Positions 1-13,131 are shown, counted from the stretch's first letter. The stretch: DNA of 64,000 nt from Trichosphaerium sp. ATCC 40318 (GCA_038496445.1 JALMLS010000315.1:1-64000), one strand, 5' to 3'. Notes: generated from the letters alone by a model not told the origin. Numbers and translations: made by a program.

Positions 1-188
1 GCGATCATCTTCCGTGGGTCTGTTGAAACTTACTTTGAAAATTTTGCTATCACTTACCGTAAGGTACCTAAGTCATACAATGAAATGTAACACAAATAGT
101 TCACATTGTGATAGATCTACACCATTTGACAGAAGTGTCAGATCTTGCTAGATCTGCTGAAAGTGCTAAAAACTCAAATATTTCTTAG
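1..188 (+). CDS. 3' end of an unknown gene (partial, runs in from the left edge)
   Basis: Open frame AIIFRGSVETYFENFAITY from base 1, a short GT..AG intron ending at 114, then a stop (TGA or TAG depending on the donor used). Confidence 0.3.
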
Positions 189-341
189 AAAATATTAGTA
201 AAACTTGAATGAAACAGACAATATGTTAGTTTAAACATTCTATCGATTGTCAACAATAATGTGACAGGATAGCTGCAAATCCTACTGATTTTTTTGTTAC
301 CTTGGAGATTAGTATGTGAAGCTACTAACGACAAACAAGTC

Positions 342-940
342 TTACTTTTTATTTTTGGAATACATACGCCCAGCTGCACCTACAGCTGCACCACCGACAA
401 CAGCACTAACCGCAATTATAGAAAGAGGAGCTGCAGCTGTAAATGCAATGGCACCAAATCCGACAGCACCAAGTGCAACAGAAAGCATTGTACTTGATGA
501 CAGTTTAGATTGTTCAACTTGTTTTACAAACTCAAATGAAGCGCATGCATAGTCACATACTACCATACCATCATTTGGATCTAGGTATTTTACAACACGA
601 ACTGTTTGAAGTGAGGCTGTTCTGGTCTAGCACAGTGTATAAATAAGTGAAAGGAATTTAACGCAAGTAAGGTGACGTACAAGCCTGAATAAGAATATGA
701 GAATGTAGTATTTATTGCCATCTTCTCAACCTCGCTAACCACGTGTTCAATATCTTCTTTATGAGAGAATGGGTCGTTTCTTATTATTTTGTTAAACGTG
801 CTTATTTCTGATCGTGTTGTGGAGGAACTCCAAGCTCCACTCGAGGATACTGCCATTTCGTCTTTATATTGTTGCCAGTCTTTGTGCATACCATCTGCAT
901 TAAAAAAATCAGATGGCGCGCCTGTTAGTGGGTCGGTCAT
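342..940 (-). pseudogene. Glycine-zipper/hydrophobic-hairpin family copy A, apparent 1-nt frameshift
   Basis: Clear paralog of 8894-9516 with the intron (628-680) at the same position. After splicing, HF-KQFVL* reaches TAA; one extra A in TTCAAACAGTT restores HFKTVRVVKYLDP, which matches the paralogs. Confidence 0.65.
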
Positions 941-1710
941 TGCTGTTGTTGTGTATTTTCAATTTTGGTAACTTTCTGGCTCGTGAATTCTCGCCAATAT
1001 TTTTGAGAATGCTGTTTTATCTTCGGATCTCGTGTAAAGAGTGCGCCACACTGCGTGATATTTGTTAACAAAACGTTTTTTTTTGCAGTTTTATTTAGAA
1101 GGGCCTTCGACGTGTATTGTAGTATCTGTACACCGTACCAAAGCGTAATATCACGTTTTTTTGCGTTGGGTACCCACACCAAAAAAAATCGCGTCAAGTT
1201 TGTGAATTCATACATTGGTAGATAAGCTGTATTGACTCTTATGCGTACCTTCAAATAAAATCTGCGAAAAAACAAGGTAAAATTTTGCGAGCCGTGAGGG
1301 TATTTCCAATGAAGTTGCTTCATTTCCGCCATTGTGCAAGATTCTGTCATCCAACAGTGGATAAAATAATGTTCTTAAAACACTAATGAATAAAGTTGTA
1401 GAAGAGCATGAGAAAACTATGAAATTGTTGTTTTATGTATTGCTATCACAACTCTTGTTATTTACGTGAAACATTACTATGCTTTACAGCCACCAGTTCA
1501 CTCATACATTGGCAACACTTTTCACAGAGAACTACCTGTGCTACATCAAGACACTGTAATCCGGAGTAGCTCACATCTATATTATTTTGTTTTTTTACAC
1601 TTGCAGTAGACAACAATGTGACAAGCTACGGATGCACCAAGTGTCAATATTTTAAGTGGCACTGTGACAAGCAACAACACATCAAACGATGACATTTACT
1701 AGTAATGATT

Positions 1711-3692
1711 TTAGAAACATTTTCTTTGTACTATATCTGGACCACTGTCTTCATACTCTTCTACGGATACCCTAAACAAGCAGTGGTTAAAATAAATAAA
1801 GTGTACAACGCAACATAATAAAGGTGGTTCGTGAAAAAAAATAAGAAAAAAATGCGAAACTCTCATCTTGACATACCACATTTTTTGAAACGTAGATAAA
1901 GAAGATAATATCATTCCTCCTACCAGAGCAAATATATTCGACTTAGGATTGTACCCTTCGGTTGTAATCTAAAACTGCATTAGCTCCAAAGAAAAAAAAA
2001 ACACAAAAACACACCATTTTACCAGCGGCTTCAACTTCTCTTTCAAGTCGTACTTTCATTCCAGGAACACCAGAAGTAGCTCCTTAAATACCTCAATTAG
2101 ATAATGCATACTACTAATTTGTAGGTAAAAGATATAACGCACCTATTACAAAGTATTTGAAATCGGCTTGATCATCTTTTGGCGGTTGCCCACTTTTTAT
2201 GATTATCTGAAATCTGGTTAATGTACTATGGATTACAGTATACTGTAATATGTACCTCTGCAAACTCTCCGTTTTTAAACAGTACATCAAAACATGCTTG
2301 GAAAGCTCCTTCAGGAACACTTATACTCTTTCCATTTGGTAGAGAAACAGTTGACTTTACACTGTTGTTAACACTTGTTTTTGATTCAGGAGACACAGAA
2401 AACTTGTTTTCAAAGAACCAAGGCTCAAGAGCGAAACGATCTTCTTCAACTATTGCCTAAGAAGTATTAAAATTCATGTAAGTTCATAACCAAAGCTTGT
2501 ACCTTATCTTCTTCATCAAGGAAAGACAGAAACTTATCAAAGATTTGATTTCCTCCAACAGGATAGACAAGCGGTTTTTCTTCCACCCTGAATAAATCCT
2601 TCCTGAGGAAGAGATATCAGCTCCTATGTCTATGATAAACCCGGTTATCTCATCTAAAGAAAAATTAAATAACCAGAAAGGTGTGTCTTGAAGCAGCAAC
2701 CCAAAACACAAAAAGTAAAAAAAGAAAAAGTGTTTGATACACTTCAGTATAAATATAAAACGTACCACAATTCATTAACGACAAACACGATGAATTACCT
2801 ACATACATTGAAAGTGCTTGGAACTCGTCAAACAGGATTTGACATATGCGAGATTTTGCTTCCGCACTGTGTTAAGAATTAGTAAAAAGAAAGAAAACGT
2901 TCAGCACTGAAACAAAAAAAATAACGTACGAAGAGTTATCAGGTAGTGATACCATTATTCCACAATCCACAGTAATAACCCCAAGCTTAATAAACCCTTG
3001 TTTTAATAGATTGATGATAGCATCCCAATCTTCTATCACACCATTCACAACTGGTCTTGACAGTTCAAGTTGTTTTATTCTTGAAAAGAATTAGACTTAA
3101 CAAAAAACAAAGAAACCAATCTAACCTGGGGATTACATCGTCTCCATAGTAAATATTGGATGTCTCAGGGTCCTTACCAACCAGGGAAGGTATTTTAACT
3201 ACTCGTGGACCTTTATCATCGTCAATACCCACTCCAAACCTTTAAAAAAAAACAAACCAGTTAGCAGCAACATTCCAATATTTCCTTTCAAAAAAAAAAA
3301 CTTTACCTCACTTGGTTTGTCCCAATATCTACTGTTACGCGGTTATCTTTTAAATCACACCTAAATTATAATGAATTAGTCTTTATAATAATAGCCTCTA
3401 AACGCTGTACCTCTTAAATACTGTCCATGGTTGATACCTCAAATAGTCAAGCGTTTGAAAGCATTGGTAGAAGTTATCACTAACTTTAACATATTCCTTG
3501 ATACTCAAACTACAATCCAATATAAACTAATAACTCTTATGCAGTTATTTCAAAAACGTACATAGATTGTCTTAATGCATGACAAGTAGCAGCACAAGAA
3601 TGAAGAGAAGTAAGCGAAGAGTACTCCCAAAAATGCTGTAAAATTTCTGGTGCCAGATCTGAAAAAGGACATTGTTCTAGTGCTAATGACAT
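1711..3692 (-). CDS. Divergent actin-related protein with N-terminal F-box-like motif (multi-exon)
   Basis: N-terminus FSDLAPEILQHFWEYSSLTSLHSCAATCHALR. Actin motifs VTVDIG, IPSLVG, PVVNGVIEDWD, TGFIIDIG and the actin C-terminus [34 protein letters not shown]. Confidence 0.85.
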
Positions 3693-3758
3693 ATCATGTG
3701 ACGGTGAAACTAACACGTGTATTAGCATAGTCTTAACATTAATGTTAAAACCTAAAGA

Positions 3759-5044
3759 CTACATTAAACAAAAATTATACTCACTGTCGGCTTCATATCT
3801 CTCAGCTGAAGAATTCTGCACACGAGTCCTTGAACAATAGGCATAAAACCACTTATCTTTTTTTGGTACTGGCTTTATGTTTTTAGGGCCGTTACGGAAT
3901 TGTAAGCTGATTCTTTGAGATGAAAATTTGTCTGGCAGATAATCTGGGTATGTATCCTTGGGTCCAATTGATGAAACACCTAAGTCAAAATTTAACAACA
4001 AAAAAAATAGATATGTCTTCTTTTGCTGTAGTACCATGTGTAATACCACAAGCAGCACTTCCATTGAACACAACAGCATCACCACTTTTTACAGTAAACG
4101 CTTTGAAGAAGTTGTTAGATAGTGCAAGGAAGAAAGGTCAGAATCCACGTGGGAGGATTTTGTATCACTTACAGATTTTCTCACAATCTGGCTCTTTGTA
4201 CCAAAACTCGGCACTGCGACCTAATGAAATAACCATAATCCATCCTCTAGACAAAAGGAAGAAAAGTCAATTATTAAAAAAGAAAACAATCAGAGACTGG
4301 CCAGTAAATTGTGTTTTACAAAAAAACCAAAAAAACATAGTCACAAGCTTGATAGTGTACGTACTGTATAAAGTCTACATGACCGCCAAGCTTACCTTCG
4401 TCGTCATAACTATAGCAAGTAGTACATATAGCGTTATAGTTTTTAGGTATAGCTCCTACAGAGGCATTAATAACGGACGGCGTTTCACTTTTTTTTTTTT
4501 GAATGAAGAGTTTTTTTTTTTGAGATATAAATAGAACCGTTTATTTGAGGCTGAACTGCTTAACGTACTTTCTTGCTGATGCGCTTCCCATGAAATAGGG
4601 CGTATAACGTCTTTAAAGGACTCTGGAATACAGTCTTGTGTAAAATCGCGTACAAATAATTTTTTGTAGTTAGAAGTCTTGTTAGACACTTTCTTCGTTT
4701 TTGGGTAGCTGCTTGCACTGTAAGTGATGCCTTTTAATAAAGTTTTAGCATCTGGTATGCGAACGCTTATTAAAGCTCATATATACAAGTAAATCGTAGC
4801 AACGTACCTTCTAGAAGCGTTTTTTGCATGTCGGGAGTAACCACGCCTTCCAACCGTACAAACTGGTATTTCTTACTCGCACTAGGTGTGTGGTGCGACT
4901 ATTACAGTAATTAGCGTTGCAAGCTACCGTAACGTACATTTCCCATGTGATGTGTTGTAAAGAAAAACTGTTGATCTCTTGAATATTTACTGGCGAAGAA
5001 ATATCAGCGGTCTTGCAAATTGGGGAAGTAGTTTGACCATTCAT
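3759..5044 (-). CDS. AlkB-like 2OG-Fe(II) dioxygenase (multi-exon; 5' end uncertain)
   Basis: Spliced frame gives CYSYDDEGKLGGHVD (HxD), VISLGRSAEF, SGDAVVFNG, THGV and RISLQFR. Confidence 0.75.
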
Positions 5045-6156
5045 CTTCCAATTGCACTCTCTATCGTGTAACTTCTCCGTGACCTGTAAAACTAGTCAAT
5101 AAACTCGCCAGCAACACCTCCGCCGCCGCTCCAAATCTCCATTCTTACAGATTTTGGTCTGGACTCTTGGTTTTTTTTTTCGTTTGGATACTGGTTGATA
5201 ATTTAAGTGCCTTTTGGATAGGATATGTGTACCCACTACTAAGCTGTCGTCAATGGAGGTTGTTGCTTAGCCGTTTAATGTTTTGGGACCTGTCATAGCC
5301 CGCCTTCAAGAACATTTCATGAATGCACAAGCAAGCACATACCAAAAAGATCTAGGTCCCTTGCGAGACAATTTTACGATGTCGCCACTCTACCACAGAC
5401 CCAATAGACCTTCCAGGCTTCAACATGGGATTTATGTAAGAACTTTGCTACTAGATCTGAATACAGAAAGCGAGTTTGCTAATTTAAAGATGTCATTTTG
5501 CGGAAAAAAGTAATTGTGGTTTTGCTTTTTGTTGTGAGACCACATAGCGTCTAGCGACTATGAAATTAAGCTTTATAGCAATATTTGGGTTCACATAGCG
5601 CTACACGTTTGTTGAACATAAAAGGGATAAAGTAAAAAAGCGGTGTTAAGCAGAGTATTGTTTAACTATTTTACAAATACAGAGTCTTTACTTTGTTGCT
5701 TGAGTCAAAGATTCTTTAACAGGAATACCTTCTGAAATGGTATCGACATTGTGCTCTAGAGCGTTTTTGTTCTTTCGGTCAAAGCTTAGTATTGTTTTGA
5801 CAGATAATGGATATACATGAAGCGTTTTACTGTGGTGTCTATAAGCGCTATTCAAGCCTCACATTCGTACTGAGAATGTACTGCAACCTTGGTACAGTAC
5901 TTGTGCATTAGCTGTGCAACTTAGCTGCATCTATAGATAAAATCTCAAGTAGTTTAACAAAAACGTCTAGTTTGTGAACTGTAGGTTAACAGTAATTTGA
6001 TAGCAACATTAAGTATTTACGTCGTGTTTTGCCTGATCAGTGAAGGATATTCGCGGTGAGTTACCGTTTTACTAGTGCTGAGAGGCACTCTAATTTGCCA
6101 TTATATTCACCCAAGACCGAGTCATTAGCCAACAACTCCATACTTCGCTGCTAAGT

Positions 6157-7236
6157 TTATTTAAAATACAAATGGAACAATTGCAATAGCATTGAAACAG
6201 CAATACTAGCTATTACACATATCTTTAATACATCCAATTTAGGCTTTCTATTTACCCTAACACGCCGTGATATCACAAGCAAAGCTTTTCGTAAAACATC
6301 ACTTTCTGCTCGTAAATCTGCAAGAAAGTTAATATCAAAAAAAGTTCAGCAGATTTCCAGTCATACTCATTACAGAGGTATCTATTCTATCAATAAATTC
6401 GTTATCCACCTTCATTTCCTTTATTTGTTGTTGTTGACGCGTGTTAAAGTCTAAAGGCAACTCAGCAATTTAGTCATGAAAAAAAAAGAAGAAAACAAAA
6501 AAAACGAATTAGGAGGAATTAAATGCCCGCTAACCACGTGAGATTGATACCTTTCTCAAATTGACGACGTATTTTTTGTTCCTTGTACATTTCACCCATT
6601 TTAACTGAGTAAAGTAAGTAGAACAAAAAATGTACTTTTCAAAAAAAAAATCACGTGCGCTGAAGCCGTATTATGTCTTCTTTTTGCACTTTTCTCTTCT
6701 CTTTCTCCAACCAAACTTGTTCTAAACGCAACATACGTCAAATTTTACGAATAGAATAACGACATTTACGGTAAATTACACGGACCTTTAAGTGCCTTGT
6801 TCTGCTTTTTCAACGCTGTGAAAAGTAATAAGAACGCGTGTCACCCAAAACAAAAAACAAAGGCAATCTTTTTTTTGCTTTTTGTTTTTGTAACGAACTT
6901 ACCTTCTATTTTATCTGCCATACGCACAGCCTCTTGCACCTGTTTAATCCCACGGGACCCATTTTCTTCTGTACCGTTTTCTCCGTAAGATACAGTGTTT
7001 CTACGCCGTCTATCACGGCTAGGACGATTTCCAGAAGTCGGTCTTTGTTGTTTTTCTTTTTTATCTTTTATGGGTACTTGTGGGTTGCTACTATGCTTTT
7101 TCCGCCTATCAGCTCGCTTTCCATTATCACCAGACCTTCTACGTGTACGTGGCTGACTCTTTGATTTATTTCTGTTAATAACATCTTCAGTATCTCCTTT
7201 TTCATCTCCTGATGGTTCTTTACTTCCCGATTTCAT
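6157..7236 (-). CDS. Tail-anchored coiled-coil protein, unknown function
   Basis: Basic low-complexity N-terminus and coiled-coil exons; last exon ends KICVIASIAVSMLLQLFHLYFK*. One intron (6605-6658) needs a GC donor. Confidence 0.6.
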
Positions 7237-7510
7237 GATAATAACTCTGTTTCTTTATTGAGAACAAATCAGATAGAAGAAAAAAACTTTTGAAAACCAT
7301 TGACCATGGCCTCTTTCAGCGCTGTTTCTTACGCGCAGCAAGTGATTTAGTTTTATATGCACTGATGTATTATATGTTATCGATACGAAATAGTAAGCTA
7401 ATCTATTCGTCAACTGAGGCTACTGATTCTATTATCTTTGGTTTTTTGCTTTTCTGGCTTTTATTATTGGTACAAGCTATTTAAGCAAACACAAATCGCG
7501 CTCTTTAATT

Positions 7511-8257
7511 TCAGCATACCCTATCTTCAAGATCGTAAATGAAATTCCCCTCCAACAAGGTTTGCAACCTTTTGTTGGAGGATGTATCGGCCGCCAATCT
7601 CGCCATTGAAGCTCCTTGAGTTGTCGCGTAAGCACCTGCAGCACTTATTGCGATGCCAGCCAAGCAGCAGCACCACCAGTACTTAGTGTAAGAGCAGTAC
7701 CGCCAACAATAGTAGCCATCGCCAAACCCGAAATCCCAACTACATAGCCAGCGTATACACCAGTGTTGTCTACCTCAGTTGAGTACGTGTATGTGGCTAT
7801 ACAGCTATCACAAACTTCGACATTTTTCTCTGATAAGTACATGCGCACTGCAACAAAGGAAGTGTATCTCTTTTTTTTCAGCATTGCTACAACAAATTTG
7901 AGTTACTTGCTTATTACTCCACAGACAGGACCTACCTATCGCTTTGAACGACAAATAGCTTTACTTCGCCATTGCATTCCAGCTCCTCAAGGTCGTCTTG
8001 TAAGTTTTCCAGCTTCACGTGAGCTTTGTTACTTTTGAACAATCTGATAATTTCCAACTTAGCACTCTCAGTTAACTTTCTTCTATCCACTAACCAAGGA
8101 ACACTAACTATAGACGATGTTGGGAGGAAAAAAAAATGTCTAGTGGCTCTAACGCAGCGCCAAGCATTTGTTATATTATACAAGAACACTTGGAAAATAA
8201 AAGAAAGGTTTTTACAGTTATTGAAAAGGAAATTTTTGGGTGATTGCTGCTCGCCAT
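7511..8257 (-). pseudogene. Divergent glycine-zipper family copy B with frameshifts
   Basis: KKEIHF..VAVRMY..VCD..YTY followed by a Gly/Ala-rich hydrophobic tail parallels copies C/D. The frame breaks near 7859 and 7663. Confidence 0.5.
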
Positions 8258-8893
8258 GTTGTTTAAGCTTTGTAAGTTGTTGTTGTTGATTTATACAAAG
8301 TCAACTGAAGTTTATTCAAACGTCTGTAACGGAGTAAAACACGTATACAGCCAGTACGAGCGCAGCAACTTTTACTTTTTTACATGACGCAATGCTCACA
8401 TCAGATTTCACCGCTAAACTGCCTTCTTTATGAGACTGATATACCTTCCAGGCATCTGAAGATATACCATGAACATGGACGCTGATTTGTTTAACTTGCT
8501 CTGCGATTCTAGTGATTGTTTGGAACTGTTTTTATTTTGACACACTTATCGTTCCCAACGCAACAATTGTTCACCTTCGTGGTTTACCGTTCGCTATCTA
8601 TGTAGCTGCTCAAAAATAAAACAAAAAAAGTACACAGCACTTAACAGTGATAGCAATAATAATCGCTTTCATCGCGGTACTCACGTGTCTCATTGGTGTA
8701 GTGTTAATATCTTACGTTTTTAAGAGACGCACAAACTAGAACCACAAGAAACGGCCTCATAGGGCAAACGCCGTGAGATTTTAGTCAGTTCTATTATGTG
8801 GTACTTTTTAAGAAAGTGTCTTTAAAAAAAACGTGCCAGCGAACTGCACAACCTGCAACCTGAAACAAAATATAAATTTTTTCAACGTTAGCC

Positions 8894-9516
8894 ATGACCG
8901 ATCCTATCACAGGAGCACCGCCTCATTTTTTTGATAGAAGCAATATGTACAAAGACTGGGAACAGTACAGAAAAGAAATGGAGTTATCCTCGAACTCAGT
9001 TTCCAGCAGTTCCTCGGCAACAAAGTTAAAATTAAGAGGGTTTATCAGAACTGTGAGAAACGACCCATTCTCTCGCAAAGAAGATATTGAACACGTGGTT
9101 AGAGAGGTGGAGAGTATGCCACTCAAAACTACATTCTCATATGCTTATGCAGGACTGTACGTTATAATTATTTTGCTTCCAGTATACTACTAAAACTAAC
9201 GAACTATGAAAGGCAAGATAAACCTGAAATACATTTCACAAGTCTTCGTGTCGTAAAGTATGTTAATCCACACAGTGGAAATGTTGTTTGTGACTACTCC
9301 ATGCTCCAATTTTCGTATGAGAAACTAGTTGAACAACCTAAAGTATCATCAACAAGTACAATGATGTCTATTGCACTTGGTGCTGTCGGGTTTGGTGCCA
9401 TTGCTTTTACAGCTGCAGCTCCTTTCTCTATTATCGCTGTCAGTGCCGTTGTTGGTGGTGCAGCTGTAGGTGCAGCTGGTTGCATGTACTCAAATAATAA
9501 AAAAGCACATTTGTAA
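8894..9516 (+). CDS. Glycine-zipper/hydrophobic-hairpin family copy C (intact, 2 exons)
   Basis: MTDPITGAPP..., intron 9157-9212, C-terminus ALGAVGFGAIAFTAAAPFSIIAVSAVVGGAAVGAAG. Confidence 0.8.
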
Positions 9517-10211
9517 ATCGAAAAAACGGCATCTTTACTTCGTTTTAGTTTATCATTCCATGATGTTATTGAATGCATAAAATTGTGGCACCCCAGAAAG
9601 AAAAACACGTGATTATGTACACTGATGTATATGGGTTATCAACACAGTTACGAATAGTAAGTTAATCTGAGGCAACTGATTCTATTATCTTTGGTTTTTT
9701 GCTTTTCTGGCTTTTATTATTGGTACAAGCTATTTAAGCAGCAAACACAAATCGAGTTCTTTAATTTCAGCATACCCTATCTTCAAGATCGTAAACGAAA
9801 TTCCCCAACATGGTTTGCAACTACCTTCTTTAAGAGACTGATATACCTTCCAGCCATCTGACGATTTCCCGTGAACATGGACGCTGATTTGTTTAACTTG
9901 CTCTGTCATTCTAGTGATTGTTTTGAAACTGATTTTGCACATCGTTCCCAACTGTTGTTCACCTTTGGTTGGCGTTCGCTATTCTACGTAACTTGAAAAC
10001 AAAATAAAAACTTACACAGCACTTGCAGTGATGGCACTACGAATAGCTTTCTTGGCTGTACTTCATTAGTGCTAAACGTGTCCCAGCGTACTGCAAAACC
10101 TCCAAACAGCAAATTATAACTATTCACCTAATAAGCTGCTTATTGCGATCATTCTTATTTTAAAAAGGGGTAGACAGCATCAAACAGTTAAAAACAAATA
10201 AAACGTTAGCC

Positions 10212-10818
10212 ATGACCGATCCTATCACAGGAGCCCCACCTCATTTCTTCGATGGAAGCAGTATGTACAAAGACTGGGAACAGTACAGAAAAGAAATGGA
10301 GTTATCCTCGCACTCAAGAGCTAGCAGTGCCTCAGCAACGAAATTAGAATTAGAAGGGTTTATCTCAATTATTAGAAACGACCCATTCTCTCGCAAAGAA
10401 GATATTGAACATGTGGTTAGCGAGGTGGAGAGTATGCCACTCAAAACTACATTCTCATATGCTTATGCAGGACTGTACGTTACAATTATTTTGCTTCAAC
10501 ATTGTTGTACTAACGAATTATGAAAGACAAGGTAAACCGAAACTATATTTCACTAGTATTCGTGTCGTTAAGTATGTTAATCCAAAAAGTGGAGATTACT
10601 CCAAGTTCAGATTTTCGTATGAGAAACGAGTTGAACAACCTAAAGTATCAACATCGAGTACAATGATGTCTATTGCACTTGGTGCTGTCGGGTTTGGTGC
10701 CATTGCTTTTACAGCTGCAGCTCCTTTCTCTATTATCGCTGTCAGTGCCGTTGTTGGTGGTGCAGCTGTAGGTGCAGCTGGTTGCATGTACTCAAATAAT
10801 AAAAAAGCACATTTGTAA
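10212..10818 (+). CDS. Glycine-zipper/hydrophobic-hairpin family copy D (intact, 2 exons)
   Basis: Paralog of copy C with the same intron and a short in-frame deletion (loses NVVC). Confidence 0.8.
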
Positions 10819-10971
10819 ATCGAAAAAAACGGCATCTTTACTTCGTTTTAGTTTATCATTCCATGATGTTATTGAATGCATAAAATTGTGGCACCCCATA
10901 AAGAAAACACGTGATTATGTACACTGATGTATTATAGTTTATCAACACATGTTACGAAATAGTAAGTTAAT

Positions 10972-13131
10972 CTATTCGTCAACTGATGCAACTGATTCTA
11001 TTATCTTTGGTTTTTTGCTTTTCTTTTTTTTCCGTTTTGGTTTTGGTTGTGGTTGTTCTATGTCATTTGGAACACTTTCTATATCAACCGAGTGCTCAGC
11101 TTCTTCTTCAATTGATTTAGCCTCACTTGAGGAATCTTCGGTAGCCTCAGACTCTCCTATTAGGCGTTGTTAAAACCAACCGTACACTTTAAAAATAAAG
11201 TACCCGATTCAGCAATCAAAAGGCTGTTGTGTTTACTGACAGGCTCAACTTCATCATCGCTAACTCGTTGCAACGATGCAGTGTTTAGGCTTTTAGTTGT
11301 TGAATTCCGTGAGCTTAGCCTAAAAGTCGTTACTTATGCTGTAGACACAGAAAAAAAACGATTACTTTCTGGCTTTGCCTTCCATAGTCCAGAATAGCCG
11401 TAATACAGGCCAAGCAAGCATTATGAGTGTCGCACAAGCTGTAATCTCAAGAACTAATGCTATTAAAGCAATAGAAAACTCAGTAATAATGATAGCTAAT
11501 CGACTGTCTGTTCTTCTTTGAAGCTTATCACTAACAGAAAAAAAACAAATTAGAAATATCTAGTTTTGCTTCTTTTACGAAGTAGCGTACAACAAATGGA
11601 TTCTAATTTTAGATAGACCATCTAGAATAACAGTGTAATTGCCAAACCAGTCGTTTGCTTCAATAGGTATCTTGTTTGTTGGCGAGAACTGAAGAGGATC
11701 CTTTGCAAACAATAAACTTTTAAAACATAATATTGTTGTGTACGTACAGTAGCAGCTATTGCTTGAGCTATTTGAAGGTTCCTTATAGCAAGCCTGACTC
11801 GTTGGCTACTCTAAAAACATAATCAGAATCGTGGGGGTTTTTATTGTTAAACAAAAAAGAACGAACCAATGCTGCAATCAATACATCAGTATCGTCATCT
11901 TCGAATAATACATTAAGCTCTTCCAAAGCACTTTCTCTAGCTGTATTAGCTGTTCTTATGCTTAGAATTTCATCATTGTCAAAATAATAGCCTAAATAGG
12001 ACAATCAGTACCGAAATGCAATAACTTGTTTTGCACCTCTTGAAAAAACACTTCCAAGAGCTCCCCGCACTCTACCATGCGATTCTAACAGCTTTACTAT
12101 GTCAGAAAGTATATGTTCATTAAACTAGATACAAAAAAGACGTACAATGCTTTCACGAACAACTGCATTCAGAACACGGTTAATAGCTTTAAAATCTGTG
12201 AAACTTTGTTTCAAAGTGAACCTTTGAAATAACCTGTTTGACTCAGTGTAAAAATTAAAGATTTCTGCTTCAGTGGTGTTACTATCGTCAACCTAGGAAA
12301 ACAACTCATAAGCTTATTACGTTTCAAAACCACTATGACTTTCTTTTTTTTTTCTGGTCACGTGATAGTCGTAAAAATAGTGTTTTTTCTGGTCACGTGA
12401 TCAAAAAGAAATTTTTGCCTGCAACTAAGGCGAAGTGCACATGTACTACCACTGCAATGGCTGCTATCGCAAAGGTACTTGGTAACCACCAAAAGCCTTA
12501 TTAGGCTCGCAAGTAGGATTGTTTTAAAAAAAAAACTCCAAACTGACGTACAGCTTGTCTGATTACAGAAAACGTCTCCAAGTACCCAATGGCCATATCC
12601 AAGGTTGGATAATGGTCCCCACGATCGTACTTGTCATGTAGAATACGTGTTCTATCCTCCACAACAGCTCTTGCCTGTACTGCAACAAACAGAGTCAAAC
12701 AAAAAATGCTGAACAACTCGAATGTACACTACTCTGAAATAGAAATTCTACGCACGCAAAGCATCCAAATCAGTTCCATTAAACCCTCCAGCAGCATACA
12801 ATAAAGATCGACCACGTTCTTGTCCAATTGATTCTTCCAAGTTTATAACAGCCCGTATTGTGTTTACACGGTGACGAAACTCTTCAGAATCGTGTAATGC
12901 GATGTTTATAAGTACAAAAAAGTACATGAAAGAGAGAGCGCTCAAAATACCTGAACGAAATGTCACTTTTGTGGTTTTGCTCAAACGTCATGAAACTTTT
13001 TTCAGAGCTTCAAAAAACGTACCTACGCCAGCGCGAAACAGTCCAGCACGTAGTCTACTCCGAACACGCTTTTGACTTCTATTCGTTGAGCCTACGCAGC
13101 CGCATAGTAACGAGCATTGATATAACACCAT
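10972..13131 (-). CDS. Two-TM membrane protein with NIT (nitrate/nitrite-sensing)-like domain
   Basis: TM1 (GILSALSFMYFFVLINIAL), IGQERGRSLLY, FNFYT, LESHGRVRGALGSVF, WFGNYTVILDGL, TM2, then an acidic/basic disordered tail ending ASVDE*. Confidence 0.65.

Larger units (their letters stand above)
7345..11020. repeat. Tandem segmental duplication with internal deletion
   Basis: 7345-7568 matches 9610-9821; 8420-8680 matches 9821-10060; 8885-9660 matches 10203-10970. The shared flank also matches the 3' end of the neighbouring gene (10972-11020). Confidence 0.9.

Noticed and set aside
3920-4534. 204-aa plus-strand ORF and similar antisense ORFs (e.g. 316-552, 14082-14405, 53211-53513)
   Set aside because: These are shadows of real genes on the opposite strand.
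600-7860. Programmed frameshift after the HF motif in family copies A and B
   Set aside because: The required shifts go in opposite directions (-1 vs +1) and copies C/D are in frame; decay or sequence error is simpler.
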